In this document: positions 20,089-29,458 of the stretch, one piece after another
Layout: each line of letters starts with the position of its first letter
Numbering within the stretch: position 1 is the stretch's first letter
Assembly (NCBI GenBank): GCA_965219955.1
Contig: OZ244799.1
Location: forward strand, 2,464,001-2,528,000
DNA: 64,000 nt
Direction: 5' to 3'
Source: a bacterium
Lineage (GTDB): Bacteria; UBA8248
The notes under the pieces: model-generated
Seen by the model: only the letters and a program-made list of their open reading frames with translations
Told to the model about the DNA's origin: nothing
Databases searched by the model: none
Translations under genes and position numbers: made by a program

Positions 20089-21003
20089 TCAAACGCGCAA
20101 GACGACGAGTATCACCCCGCTCACGGTGAGGACCGCTCCCGCGGGCACGCGCCATGTGATGAATTCTGCTTTCCTTAGAAAGATCACGCTGAATAGCACG
20201 GTGAACAAAGGGCTGATCTGCACGAGCGGCACAACCCTGAAAACCTCGCTCAACTGCAAAGAGGAAGTGAAGAGAAAAATTCCCATTCCCGCCGCGACCC
20301 CACCCAGCAGATACGGCCAGAACGCTTGTTTCACGTCACCTGCCTCCTCTTCGCGCAAGGCGTAACAGGTGTATGCGCCCACCAGGACGAGAGCGGCGGA
20401 GGCGCCAACCATCGAGGCGGGAAGGGCGCTCGGGAAAGCAGCCAGGCCTTTTTTCCAGGACATGGCTCCAAACCCCGATATGACCGCCGCAATCAGGGGC
20501 CACCGGGCGTCCCAGCGGCTCCAGCGTCCTCCCGTCTTTCCCGATACGAGCAACACGATGCCGCCCACCACGAACATAACACCCATCAGATGATACCAGG
20601 CCGGGTCCTCACCCAGAAAAATGAGCGCGAAAAGAGCAGCGAATATGGGGGACATCCCCTTTATCGGCGCCGCGCGCGCCACGCCGATCCGGTGGATGCC
20701 GATCAGGAAAAAGATAAGGAAAAGTCCCGGGTTGCACAGGCCGCCTATCATCACCCACAGATAGTGCGCGCCCATTTCCGGGAACGCGGGACCCAGGAGG
20801 AAAACCAACGGAACGAAGAAGAGCAACTCCCCCACCAGCGTGATGGTGGCGCCCACGAAATGGTTGGCGAATTGCAAACCCTTGCGCGCGAAGATATCCG
20901 CACAGGTGAAAGACAGCGCCGCGCTCAGGGCGAGCAGAACAAACGGCTCGATCAGCAAGGCGGAATTCTCTGAGCTACGAGCGAAGACCTCAAAGATATA
21001 CAC
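20089..21003 (-). CDS. EamA/DMT family transporter
   Basis: About 10 TM helices in two repeats; 'SPIFAALFA..FLGE', 'SPLFTVLFS'. Confidence 0.85.
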   Translation of the reverse strand: MYIFEVFARSSENSALLIEPFVLLALSAALSFTCADIFARKGLQFANHFVGATITLVGELLFFVPLVFLLGPAFPEMGAHYLWVMIGGLCNPGLFLIFFLIGIHRIGVARAAPIKGMSPIFAALFALIFLGEDPAWYHLMGVMFVVGGIVLLVSGKTGGRWSRWDARWPLIAAVISGFGAMSWKKGLAAFPSALPASMVGASAALVLVGAYTCYALREEEAGDVKQAFWPYLLGGVAAGMGIFLFTSSLQLSEVFRVVPLVQISPLFTVLFSVIFLRKAEFITWRVPAGAVLTVSGVILVVLRV

Positions 21004-21024
21004 CTCCGGAGCAATCCGGAAAAT

Positions 21025-22251
21025 CTAGGTGAGATATTTCTCGGAATTTCCCAGGAACTCGACCACAGCCTGCGCGAAGACGCTCACGCCGACCGGCAGT
21101 GCGTCCTCATCCAGGTCGAACAGATCGGAATGGAGTCCGTGCACAAAACCTTTTCCGGGGTTCGATATACCCACGCGGAACATCGCGGCGGGCCGTTTCT
21201 CCGCCATGTAGGAGAAATCCTCGGCTCCCATTGAAAGCGGCATCTCCTCCACTTTCTCTGCGCCGAGAACCTGAGCCCCCGCACTTTCAACGAGTGCGGT
21301 GGCCGCCTCGTGGTTCACCAGAGCAGGATATCCAGGCGTGATTTCCAGGTCGATTTCCACGTCGAAGGCTTCTGCCACTCCGCGCGCCACTGCCCGCACG
21401 CGGTCGGCCACCTTCTCTCTGACCTTCGGATCGTGCGTGCGGATAGTGCCTTTTATTCTCGCATCGCGCGGCACGATGTTGAAAGCAACGCCGGACTCGA
21501 ATGTCGTGATGGAGAGAACGGCGGACTCGAAAGGACCAACATTTCTGCTCACGATGCCTTGAAGCGAAGTCACCAGATGGCAGGCGGCCAGCAGGGCGTC
21601 TTTGGATTTATGAGGATACGCCGCGTGTGAACTTTCGCCTCTCACGTAAATCTGGAGTCTGTCCCCCGCCGCCAGCGAAGGCCCCGAGCGCGTGCCGATA
21701 TAACCTGCCGGCATGTCGGGCCATACGTGCGCCGCGATGAGGAGATCCACACGCGGTTCCTCCAGAACGCCTTCTTCCACCATTCGCTTGCCGCCGGCCT
21801 TGCCCTCTTCCGCCGGCTGGAAGATGAATTTGACGTTGCCGCCCAGTCCATCGAGCAAGTTATTATTCTCGGAAAGCAGGCGCGCCGCGCCCAGCAGCAT
21901 ACTCACGTGAGCGTCATGGCCGCAGGCGTGCATCTTCCCCGCACGGCGGCTCTTGTAGGGCACGTCGTTGGACTCGTCGATGGATAGCGCATCCATATCG
22001 GCGCGAATACCGATGGTGGGGCCGGGGCGCCCGGTCTCGAGTAGGCCGACAACTCCTGTTTCCGCGATACCGGCATGCGCCTCGAGCCCGAATCTCTCGA
22101 GGTTCTCCACGATGAGGCGGGAGGTTTCATGCTCCTCGTAACCGAGTTCAGGATTCATGTGAATGGTGCGCCTGGTCTCGGAAAGCCATGGCAGCAGCGC
22201 CAAAGAGGCGTCTCTGATCGATTGCGAACTGTCACTGGAATTCATGGACAC
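21025..22251 (-). CDS. M20 family amidohydrolase
   Basis: 'PELGYEE', 'RADMDAL', 'MHACGHD', 'FQPAEE', 'AEDF', 'LHS'. Confidence 0.92.
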   Translation of the reverse strand: MSMNSSDSSQSIRDASLALLPWLSETRRTIHMNPELGYEEHETSRLIVENLERFGLEAHAGIAETGVVGLLETGRPGPTIGIRADMDALSIDESNDVPYKSRRAGKMHACGHDAHVSMLLGAARLLSENNNLLDGLGGNVKFIFQPAEEGKAGGKRMVEEGVLEEPRVDLLIAAHVWPDMPAGYIGTRSGPSLAAGDRLQIYVRGESSHAAYPHKSKDALLAACHLVTSLQGIVSRNVGPFESAVLSITTFESGVAFNIVPRDARIKGTIRTHDPKVREKVADRVRAVARGVAEAFDVEIDLEITPGYPALVNHEAATALVESAGAQVLGAEKVEEMPLSMGAEDFSYMAEKRPAAMFRVGISNPGKGFVHGLHSDLFDLDEDALPVGVSVFAQAVVEFLGNSEKYLT

Positions 22252-22501
22252 TATTCCTCATCCCGCCCAGTCGTCTTAAACGAATCCTCAGGGAAAAGCT
22301 TTGAAGGTATAGAAAATGTGTTCAATGAAGGGTAGATATCACAAACAAGAGCGATAAACCAATCCATCGCCCGAACCTGCGCTTATGGGCTTGGGCGGCT
22401 ATTCCGTTCAGGCATGAATGCTTTGTTCCGCCGCGGGTTTGATAAGGGAGTAACACCACAAATCAAAAAACGCACACGAATCTATCACCCACATCAGGCA
22501 A

Positions 22502-24178
22502 TCAAAAATCATCCGCGGAGAATTCTGGCCGCTCACACAATATCGCCTTGATGTCCTCTCGCTTGTGTTTGCGCGTGGTGGTCCTGGGCAACTCCTCCTC
22601 GGGCCAGAGGAAAAACCCGGCCACCCTCTTGTAATCCGCAAGGTGTGCGCTGAAACGCTTGAGTTCGGAATCGGCCAAAGCAGCTCGCTTCTCGTCTTCT
22701 TGCGGCAGGTCGGCTTCGGGGTCGAGCACTACGACGGCGAAAACCTCCTCGCCACCTCGGGATGTTTTGCGCCCGATGACGCATACGTCCTGAAACCATT
22801 CGCTCTCGAGAAGCTGCTCTTCCACCTCTTCGGGATAGATGTTTTTCCCCGCTTCGGAGACGATGACGTTCTTGGATCGGCCGCATATCGTGAGGTAGCC
22901 GTCCGCATCCAGGCGACCGATGTCTCCCGTATGAAACCACCCATCCCGCAAGACCTCCGCCGTCAGTTCCGGGTTTTCGAAGTAGCCCTGCATCACGTTC
23001 GGCCCGCGTATGAGGATCTCCCCTTCTCCCTCATCCGCACCCTCCACGGGTACGATCCGCGCCTCTACCCCCGGAATCGGCGGGCCGACGGTTCCGATTC
23101 TGTTCGGTGCACCCGGCGGAGTCGCATGGGCGACTGGAGAGGTTTCCGTCAAGCCATACCCCTGGAGTACCTCGATCCCAAAAATGAGCAAATCGCGTGC
23201 GATCTTGGGATCGAGCGCGGCTCCTCCACTCGCGAAATAGCGCAGATTCGGGCCGAGATTTTTCTTCACCTTGGAAAACAACAATCCCCCGACGCGAAGA
23301 CCCATGGAGAGACAAATACCGGAAATCCCGAAAAGCATCTTGAAGATGAGTTTCTTCGCACCGCTCAGCGATTCCACGTTTGACATGATTCGCTTGTGGA
23401 TGAGCCGCGCCAGCGCAGGCACCATCAGGCAGATGGTGATGCCCTCGTTTTGCATGGCCTCCACGAGAAGGCGAGGATTCAACGATGAGAGGTAATGCAC
23501 ACGGGCGCCGGCCGCCAGCGGAATCAGGAAACCGCCCGTGCTCTCGAACATATGATGAAGCGGCAGAATCGAGAGAAAAACGTCGTCTTGCCCGACAAGA
23601 AATGGTTCGAGGGCGGCGCGCACGTTGGAAGTGATGTTCCCGTGAGAGAGCATCACGCCCTTGGGCGTTCCAGTCGTTCCCGATGAAAACGACACCAGCG
23701 CAAGATCGTCCGGGCCACGTTCCGCGCCCGGTAGCGCATCGAGCGAAACGCCAGCTTCAGGCTCTCTCTCCTCATCGATTCGCAACACCGCGCAATTCGA
23801 TGCGAGGCCATCCACCAGAACACTGGCTCGTTCTTGTTCGCTCGCGTCCGTAACCAGGCATACGGGCCTGGCTTTCTCCAGGATGTTCGCGAGCTCTCCT
23901 TCTTTCAAATTCACATCCAGGGGCACGAGAACGCCGCCGGCAAGTAGCGCCCCGTAATACCCCACCCCCCATTCGGGTTGATTCGGCGCCAGCAGAGCGA
24001 CGAAATCGCCCGGCAACACGCCCGCATCGATCAACTCGCGCGCCAGAGCGGCTGCTTTTCCGCACAACTGCCTTCTCGTGAGTGTCACCCGGCCGCGTCC
24101 TTCCACATCGCCTTCCAGAGCGACCGAGTCGGGAAATTTCGTAGTTGTCTCTTTCAGGAGATCAATCAGCGTATCCAT
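22502..24178 (-). CDS. Long-chain fatty-acid--CoA ligase (AMP-binding)
   Basis: 'SSGTTGTPKG', 'GYGLTE', 'FHTGDIG', 'GKNIYPEEVE'. Confidence 0.9.
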   Translation of the reverse strand: MDTLIDLLKETTTKFPDSVALEGDVEGRGRVTLTRRQLCGKAAALARELIDAGVLPGDFVALLAPNQPEWGVGYYGALLAGGVLVPLDVNLKEGELANILEKARPVCLVTDASEQERASVLVDGLASNCAVLRIDEEREPEAGVSLDALPGAERGPDDLALVSFSSGTTGTPKGVMLSHGNITSNVRAALEPFLVGQDDVFLSILPLHHMFESTGGFLIPLAAGARVHYLSSLNPRLLVEAMQNEGITICLMVPALARLIHKRIMSNVESLSGAKKLIFKMLFGISGICLSMGLRVGGLLFSKVKKNLGPNLRYFASGGAALDPKIARDLLIFGIEVLQGYGLTETSPVAHATPPGAPNRIGTVGPPIPGVEARIVPVEGADEGEGEILIRGPNVMQGYFENPELTAEVLRDGWFHTGDIGRLDADGYLTICGRSKNVIVSEAGKNIYPEEVEEQLLESEWFQDVCVIGRKTSRGGEEVFAVVVLDPEADLPQEDEKRAALADSELKRFSAHLADYKRVAGFFLWPEEELPRTTTRKHKREDIKAILCERPEFSADDF

Positions 24179-24262
24179 ACCTGTTCCTCCTGCTTCGGCC
24201 CGGCCGAAAGCTCCGCGGGCAGAGCGGGGTTTACCATCACTCGACTCCAGCTAACGTCCCGG

Positions 24263-25054
24263 CTAAATCAATCGTTTCCTGACCTGCCATGCGGCGAATT
24301 CTCCTGCGAAAACCAGGGCGATAATGGCCAGCACCAGCACGCCTGATTTTTGCCACTGAAACTGCTTCACATACAAGAACACGTAAAACCCCAGCCCCCC
24401 CGCGCCGACGAGACCCAGAATCGTGGAATCGCGAAGGTTCATCTCGAAACGTATGGCCAGATGCGCGACCATCTGCGGCAAAACCTGGGGAATGAGGCCG
24501 TGTTGAATGATCTGAAGGGAAGATGCGCCCGTGCCCTGCAACGCAAGCAGGGGTTTCGGGTCGGTCGCCTCGATCTCCTCCGCCACGAACCGGCCAAGCA
24601 CTCCGACGGAGTGCACCGCCAGCGCCAACACGCCGGGAAAAGGGCCGAGCCCCACAGCGGAGACGAACAACAATGCGAGGAGCAGCAAGGGGATGGATCG
24701 GACGAACGCCATGAACGCCTTGATGGGCAGATGCACCCAGACAGGCGTCCAGTTCGATGCGGCGAGCACGCCCAAAGGATAGGCGAACAACGCGCCCAGA
24801 AAAGTACCCGCAATGGTGGTTTGCAGCGTTTCGACAGCCGAGGTCAGCAGAACGTCCCAGACCGACCAATCCGGCGGCGTCATCCGGCCAAAGAAGTGAA
24901 AGAGTTGGGGAATCCCGCGCCAGAATTGCCCGGGTGAAAACTCAGAACCCTGAAAAGACCAGAATAAGAGTGCGCTAACCGCCAGGAAGAGGCTGGCCTT
25001 GCCAGCCATACGGCCAGGTGAAAGCGCTTCTGCTTGCTCTCGTTCCGTTGCCAT
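24263..25054 (-). CDS. phnE: PhnE/PtxC-type ABC permease
   Basis: 'RSIP', 'GLGPFPGVLAL', 'RFEMNLRDSTILGLVGAGGLG'. Confidence 0.88.
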   Translation of the reverse strand: MATEREQAEALSPGRMAGKASLFLAVSALLFWSFQGSEFSPGQFWRGIPQLFHFFGRMTPPDWSVWDVLLTSAVETLQTTIAGTFLGALFAYPLGVLAASNWTPVWVHLPIKAFMAFVRSIPLLLLALLFVSAVGLGPFPGVLALAVHSVGVLGRFVAEEIEATDPKPLLALQGTGASSLQIIQHGLIPQVLPQMVAHLAIRFEMNLRDSTILGLVGAGGLGFYVFLYVKQFQWQKSGVLVLAIIALVFAGEFAAWQVRKRLI

Positions 25055-25820
25055 TCACGACTCCGTTCGTTCCCATGAACTCGTAGATTTCACATATCCT
25101 ATCATTCGAGAGGGAATCCGAAGAACCATCCCACATGATTTTTCCGTTTTTCATCGCGAGGATTCTATCCGCATACTTCCGCGCAAGCTCGGGAAGGTGA
25201 AGACTCATGATGAGCGTGAGTTCATAGGCGTCGCATACCGACACGAGAAGATCCATGATGTCCTCGGCCAATGCCGGGTCCAGGCTCGAAACGGGCTCGT
25301 CGGCCAGCAGAATCGTCGGCTCCTGCGCCAACGCCCGGGCAATGGCCACGCGCTGCTGCTCCCCGCCGGAGAGTGTGCGGGCGAAACGGCGTTGCTTGTC
25401 CTCTAGGTGCACCTCGTGAATGGCCTGTGCGCAGATTTGCAAATCTCGCTCCGAGCAGATTCCCAACGCGCTTTTGAGCAATGACACGTAACCGAGCCTT
25501 CCGTGATAGACGTTTTGCCAGACGGTTTCCCGGCCTATCAGATCGAAATGCTGATGAATCATGCCGATATGGCGATGGTGGGTTTTCATCTTTTGCGTAT
25601 CCTTGATGGGGAAAACATCTCCCATCACGACCACCTTGCCCTCTTGGCAAGGCACATAGCCTTTCAGCATTCTCATGAGAGTCGTCTTGCCGGAACCGCT
25701 GTTGCCGATGATGGCCACCCTCTCTCCACGAGAGACCTCGAGATGATCAAGGGAAAGAATCGCCCGCCCGCCCATCTCAACGCGTGCATCTTCGATTTGG
25801 ATGACCACCTCTTTCGGCAT
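24975..25820 (-). CDS. phnC: PhnC-type ABC ATPase
   Basis: Walker A 'GNSGSGKT', '[15 protein letters not shown]', '[11 protein letters not shown]', 'SLH'. Confidence 0.88.
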   Translation of the reverse strand: MPKEVVIQIEDARVEMGGRAILSLDHLEVSRGERVAIIGNSGSGKTTLMRMLKGYVPCQEGKVVVMGDVFPIKDTQKMKTHHRHIGMIHQHFDLIGRETVWQNVYHGRLGYVSLLKSALGICSERDLQICAQAIHEVHLEDKQRRFARTLSGGEQQRVAIARALAQEPTILLADEPVSSLDPALAEDIMDLLVSVCDAYELTLIMSLHLPELARKYADRILAMKNGKIMWDGSSDSLSNDRICEIYEFMGTNGVVNGNGTRASRSAFTWPYGWQGQPLPGG

Positions 25821-25823
25821 TTT

Positions 25824-26747
25824 CTACTCCTTTAGAAAACCATACTTGCGAGCCATGTCGGCAACCGATTTATAACGGCTGTGTCCGACTCTGACGTAAC
25901 CATCCGTTCCGTAAAGAGCCCGCAGCAAACCGCGATTCCGGGGCTGGTTCATCTTCATCATCGCCGCGATGAATTTTTGCCTGATTTCAGGGGCCAGCCC
26001 TTTGCGCACCACTACGTTGTGGCTGGGAATTCTGGCCGACTGCGCAATGGCGACGACTTGATCGCGCTGCTCGGGTCGGAGGAGATTGAGGGCGTATTGG
26101 CTGACGCCGGCGGCGTCGACGAAGCCGCCGACCATCGAGTTGATCGCCTGCTGATCCCCGCCTGCGAAATAAACTCTTCGGAAAAATTCGCCTTCGGGCT
26201 TTTCCAGTCCCCCTTTCACCAGTCCAGCGCGAACGAAAATGTCGTGGGGGTACATGAACCCCGAACTCGAAATCGGGTCGACATAAGCAATGGTCTTCCC
26301 CTTGAGATCGGACAGTCTCTTGATGCCGCTTCCCTTGCGGACGAATATCCTGGAATAGTAGTAGGGTTTTCCGTCGTATATCTCCCCGAGAACCGCCTCG
26401 ACTCCCGAATACTTGTTCGCCAGCACATAGGGCAGCGGAGACATGAAGCTAACGTCCGCCTTTTTCGAGATCATGGCCTCCACGGCGGCTGAATAATTCA
26501 ATGTGATGAAATAGCGAACCTTGCGCCCCATCTCTTTTTCCAGGAAATTCATCGCCGGCTTCACATTGCTGATGAGTTTCTCGGGATTTTCCAACGGAAT
26601 GAACGCGACCCGAAGCTCCTTACCGCCCGCGTGAACGGGAACCGGAGCGAACAAGAACATGGAGAAAACGAGGAGAGACGCCACTGGTAGAAACAACCCC
26701 GGCGCTTTCGGCGATAATACCCGGATGAAACGCATGACTCTGCTCAT
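25824..26747 (-). CDS. phnD: PhnD/PtxB-type ABC substrate-binding protein
   Basis: Signal peptide; 'YSAAVEAM', 'YYSRIFV', 'YVDPISSSGFMYP', 'IPSH'. Confidence 0.85.
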   Translation of the reverse strand: MSRVMRFIRVLSPKAPGLFLPVASLLVFSMFLFAPVPVHAGGKELRVAFIPLENPEKLISNVKPAMNFLEKEMGRKVRYFITLNYSAAVEAMISKKADVSFMSPLPYVLANKYSGVEAVLGEIYDGKPYYYSRIFVRKGSGIKRLSDLKGKTIAYVDPISSSGFMYPHDIFVRAGLVKGGLEKPEGEFFRRVYFAGGDQQAINSMVGGFVDAAGVSQYALNLLRPEQRDQVVAIAQSARIPSHNVVVRKGLAPEIRQKFIAAMMKMNQPRNRGLLRALYGTDGYVRVGHSRYKSVADMARKYGFLKE

Positions 26748-28705
26748 TTCAGTTTGTCCTGGTTTTCCTGATAAAGCGCGTGATATGCCGCGATTTTGCC
26801 GTCAGTCATCTTCACGTCGCCGGCGAGATGAGCTCTCAAGGCCTCATTCAGCTTCTTTTCCATTTCATTGAGAATCGGCAGATTCCCCTTGTCCTGAACA
26901 TCCCACTTGTGGGCCTGCACTTCACGCACCACTGTTTTCAGCAAGACGGTGATCAATTCTTTTTTCTTTCTCTGTTTCAACCGCTCATACGTGGAGAGGA
27001 AAAACTTGAACTCCTCCAACTCCGACTCCAGCGTGTAAACCGTGTCCTCAATCCCCTGGACGCCATCCCCCACGGCTTCGAGATACGAAGTGAGATCGAC
27101 AATATCTTCTCGGCTCAATCCCAGATTGAATTGCCTGTTGAACCATTCGCTCACCGCCCGCAGGGTGGGGAGGCTCCCGTCGTGGAAATAAGGAGCCGTG
27201 AATTTCGACGAGAGCAGGGTGGGCGTATCCAGACCGCCCACGTGGAAGGGCTGGTTCCCACCTCCCGTGGAGCCGATGTTGTGGCGTTTGTGATCCACGA
27301 AGTTCGCGTTGGGAATGTGGCAACTCGCGCAACTCATGCCGCCCATCATTTGCGGGAATTTCCGGTAAAATATCTTCTCGCCCCGAAGAGCTGTTTCTGG
27401 AACCTTACCGGCATTGAGCTTCCCGCTTTTTTTCAGCTTCGGGTTCGGCAAAAACTCGAATTCGTTCATGTAGGCAATCATCCCGTCCATGATCATCGGG
27501 TCGGGCTCGGGGCCGTTGAACTCGTTCACGATAACGTTTCGGACGAATTCCCTGAGCGAAGCGAAACGCCCGTTTCTGCCGTATGGAGCGGTGAAGCGAA
27601 TGCCCCGCAAATCGGGTGTGTCCAATGGATCGTGCAGACCGTTGTTGGCGTGCCCTGCGAAGAAGCTGTTCGACACGTCCATCCCGCCCTTTTCCCTGGA
27701 AAGGCCGGGGATGAAGAGTTTGGGATTCGTCACCCCCTTGTTGTGGCAAGTATTGCAACTGACGCCTAAGCTGAGCGCGGGCTCGCCGAAAATCTCCGCG
27801 CTGTCGAAAGCCATATCACCCAGGGCGATGAGAAAGGTTTCCGCCTCGCTCGCCCCGCGCTCCGCCATTCCGAGAATTTGTCTGGGACGCGGGAGTTGCT
27901 TGTTGATGTCGGAGCCGGGCGGCAAACGCCACGGCACTTTTGCCGTTTCAACATACGTTTTGCTCACCACCGGACGGGGGAGGAGCCTGTGCTCCTTCCC
28001 GGTCTGGAACCCGGAAAAATTCAAATGGAAATACCGGCGGATGAACGCGGTGTTCTCGCGAATTTTTCCCAGATTCATCGGGCGGGCGCCGACGCCCATC
28101 ACACCCGCCGCCCCGAGATGGGAACTCGCTTCGAGCCAATGGATTTGCATCCTCTTCCAGGCTTCAGGGTCCAGGTGCGGCAAGGTTTCGGCGAAAGCCT
28201 GGAAAACTCTCCGCGCTTCGTTCAGGCGGTTTTTCACCTCGGTTCTGTTCAAATCCGACTTGAACCCGTCCAGATGAGAGATCAATAGCGAAGCAACTCC
28301 CCGCGTGGCCAGCGAGAAAACCAGACGACTCCCGCTCTTGCGCGCGGCGACCATGTCCGGCTCTTCATCGCCTCTCGCCACGGGCTGGGCCACGCGCCTG
28401 GCAATGATCAGCTCTTCCGAGAGCTTTTGCGCGCCATGAGAGTTCACTACCCTGAGCGCTGCTTCGATACGCTTCAAATCGGACCACACCTGCGGCCATA
28501 GCACGGGATTCAGGTTCAGGATGAAACTGGTGCGACGATAACTTTCGGCAACGGGGTGTAATTCCTCGGGAGGGACGATGTGCGCCGAAGCCGGGCGGAA
28601 ACTCATCACCAGCAAAGCAGCAGCCAGAAGCCATGCCGATATCGTCAAGGAATGTTTCAACCGCAGAGCAAGCCTCGCCCCGGGCGTTTTGAGGCCGCAT
28701 TTCAT
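26744..28705 (-). CDS. Secreted di-heme cytochrome c peroxidase / MauG-superfamily protein with extra N- and C-terminal domains
   Basis: Signal peptide ending ASA|H. Two heme motifs, 'CNTCH' and 'CASCH'; 'TPDLRG..TAPY' and 'TPTL..TAPYFHDGS'. Its stop overlaps the phnD start (ATGA). Confidence 0.85.
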   Translation of the reverse strand: MKCGLKTPGARLALRLKHSLTISAWLLAAALLVMSFRPASAHIVPPEELHPVAESYRRTSFILNLNPVLWPQVWSDLKRIEAALRVVNSHGAQKLSEELIIARRVAQPVARGDEEPDMVAARKSGSRLVFSLATRGVASLLISHLDGFKSDLNRTEVKNRLNEARRVFQAFAETLPHLDPEAWKRMQIHWLEASSHLGAAGVMGVGARPMNLGKIRENTAFIRRYFHLNFSGFQTGKEHRLLPRPVVSKTYVETAKVPWRLPPGSDINKQLPRPRQILGMAERGASEAETFLIALGDMAFDSAEIFGEPALSLGVSCNTCHNKGVTNPKLFIPGLSREKGGMDVSNSFFAGHANNGLHDPLDTPDLRGIRFTAPYGRNGRFASLREFVRNVIVNEFNGPEPDPMIMDGMIAYMNEFEFLPNPKLKKSGKLNAGKVPETALRGEKIFYRKFPQMMGGMSCASCHIPNANFVDHKRHNIGSTGGGNQPFHVGGLDTPTLLSSKFTAPYFHDGSLPTLRAVSEWFNRQFNLGLSREDIVDLTSYLEAVGDGVQGIEDTVYTLESELEEFKFFLSTYERLKQRKKKELITVLLKTVVREVQAHKWDVQDKGNLPILNEMEKKLNEALRAHLAGDVKMTDGKIAAYHALYQENQDKLK

Positions 28706-28740
28706 GTTTTCGGTTCTCCCAAAAAACCATCACCACAACA

Positions 28741-28770
28741 ATTTTATTTTGATTTCAAAAATAAAGTCAA
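28741..28770 (-). promoter_or_regulatory. Sigma70-type promoter for the peroxidase-phnDCE operon
   Basis: On the minus strand TTGACT-N18-TAAAAT; the spacer contains the palindrome TTTTGA-aa-TCAAAA. Confidence 0.6.
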
Positions 28771-28787
28771 CCTATGTTTAATATATT

Positions 28788-28803
28788 TTTAGGTATGCCT
28801 AAA
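28788..28803. promoter_or_regulatory. Palindromic operator resembling a DtxR/MntR/SirR-family box
   Basis: Perfect TTTAGG-tatg-CCTAAA, similar to TTAGG-N4-CCTAA DtxR-family sites. Confidence 0.55.
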
Positions 28804-28812
28804 TATAAAAAT

Positions 28813-28831
28813 GGGCATGAAAATCAATATA
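28813..28831. promoter_or_regulatory. Fur-box-like site
   Basis: GGGCATGAAAATCAATATA matches GATAATGATAATCATTATC at 13/19 (hand count). The region is AT-rich, so a chance match is possible. Confidence 0.35.
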
Positions 28832-28901
28832 AACAGACGTTTCTGAGGATATATTGAAAATTTCGTTTGAAATATTTTGAGTTCTTTCAGATTCGCGAGC
28901 G

Positions 28902-28940
28902 AAAAAAACCGGCCCTAACAACAAATAGAGCCGGTTCTTT
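28902..28940 (-). terminator. Intrinsic terminator of amtB-glnK
   Basis: AACCGGC...GCCGGTT stem followed by a T-run on the minus strand. Confidence 0.65.
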
Positions 28941-29059
28941 GAAGGTCCGAGGGTTCATTTTTCTAAAAATCGACCTGAAGCCAGGTTTCAAAGACCGTAA
29001 AGTCTTTCCAACAATCGTCCCCGCTCCACGATTGAAACTATTCTCCTCAGGTGCAGAAC

Positions 29060-29398
29060 TTAGATGGCACCATCGCCTCTATCACCGGTGCGTATACGCA
29101 CGCAATCTTCCACGGCCTGGACAAATATTTTTCCGTCGCCTATCTGTCCCGAATTCGCCGCATCACAAATCGCAGTGACGATGGCATCGGCGTTGTCGTC
29201 CTGCGTCAATATTTCGACCTTGATCTTCGGCAGGAAATCGACCACGTACTCGCTGCCGCGATACAGTTCGGTGTGTCCCTTCTGACGGCCAAAGCCCTTC
29301 ACTTCGGTGACCGTCATGCCCGTCACGCCGGCATCTCCCAGCGCTTCTTTCACACTTTCCAGCTTGAATGGCTTAATAATCGCCGTGACTAAACGCAT
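29060..29398 (-). CDS. glnK: Nitrogen regulatory protein P-II
   Basis: 'AIIKPFKL', 'GFGRQKG', T-loop 'YRGSEY', 'GDGKIF', 'RIRTG'; adjacent to amtB. Confidence 0.95.
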   Translation of the reverse strand: MRLVTAIIKPFKLESVKEALGDAGVTGMTVTEVKGFGRQKGHTELYRGSEYVVDFLPKIKVEILTQDDNADAIVTAICDAANSGQIGDGKIFVQAVEDCVRIRTGDRGDGAI

Positions 29399-29458
29399 CG
29401 TTCATTCCTCTCAAGATGACGGATGGACTCATCCAGTAAAAATCCCCTCGCGCTTGAA

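Noticed and set aside
24263-26747. Calling the locus a phosphonate or phosphite utilisation operon
   Set aside because: Only the transporter family is supported; no catabolic genes or clear Pho box are adjacent.
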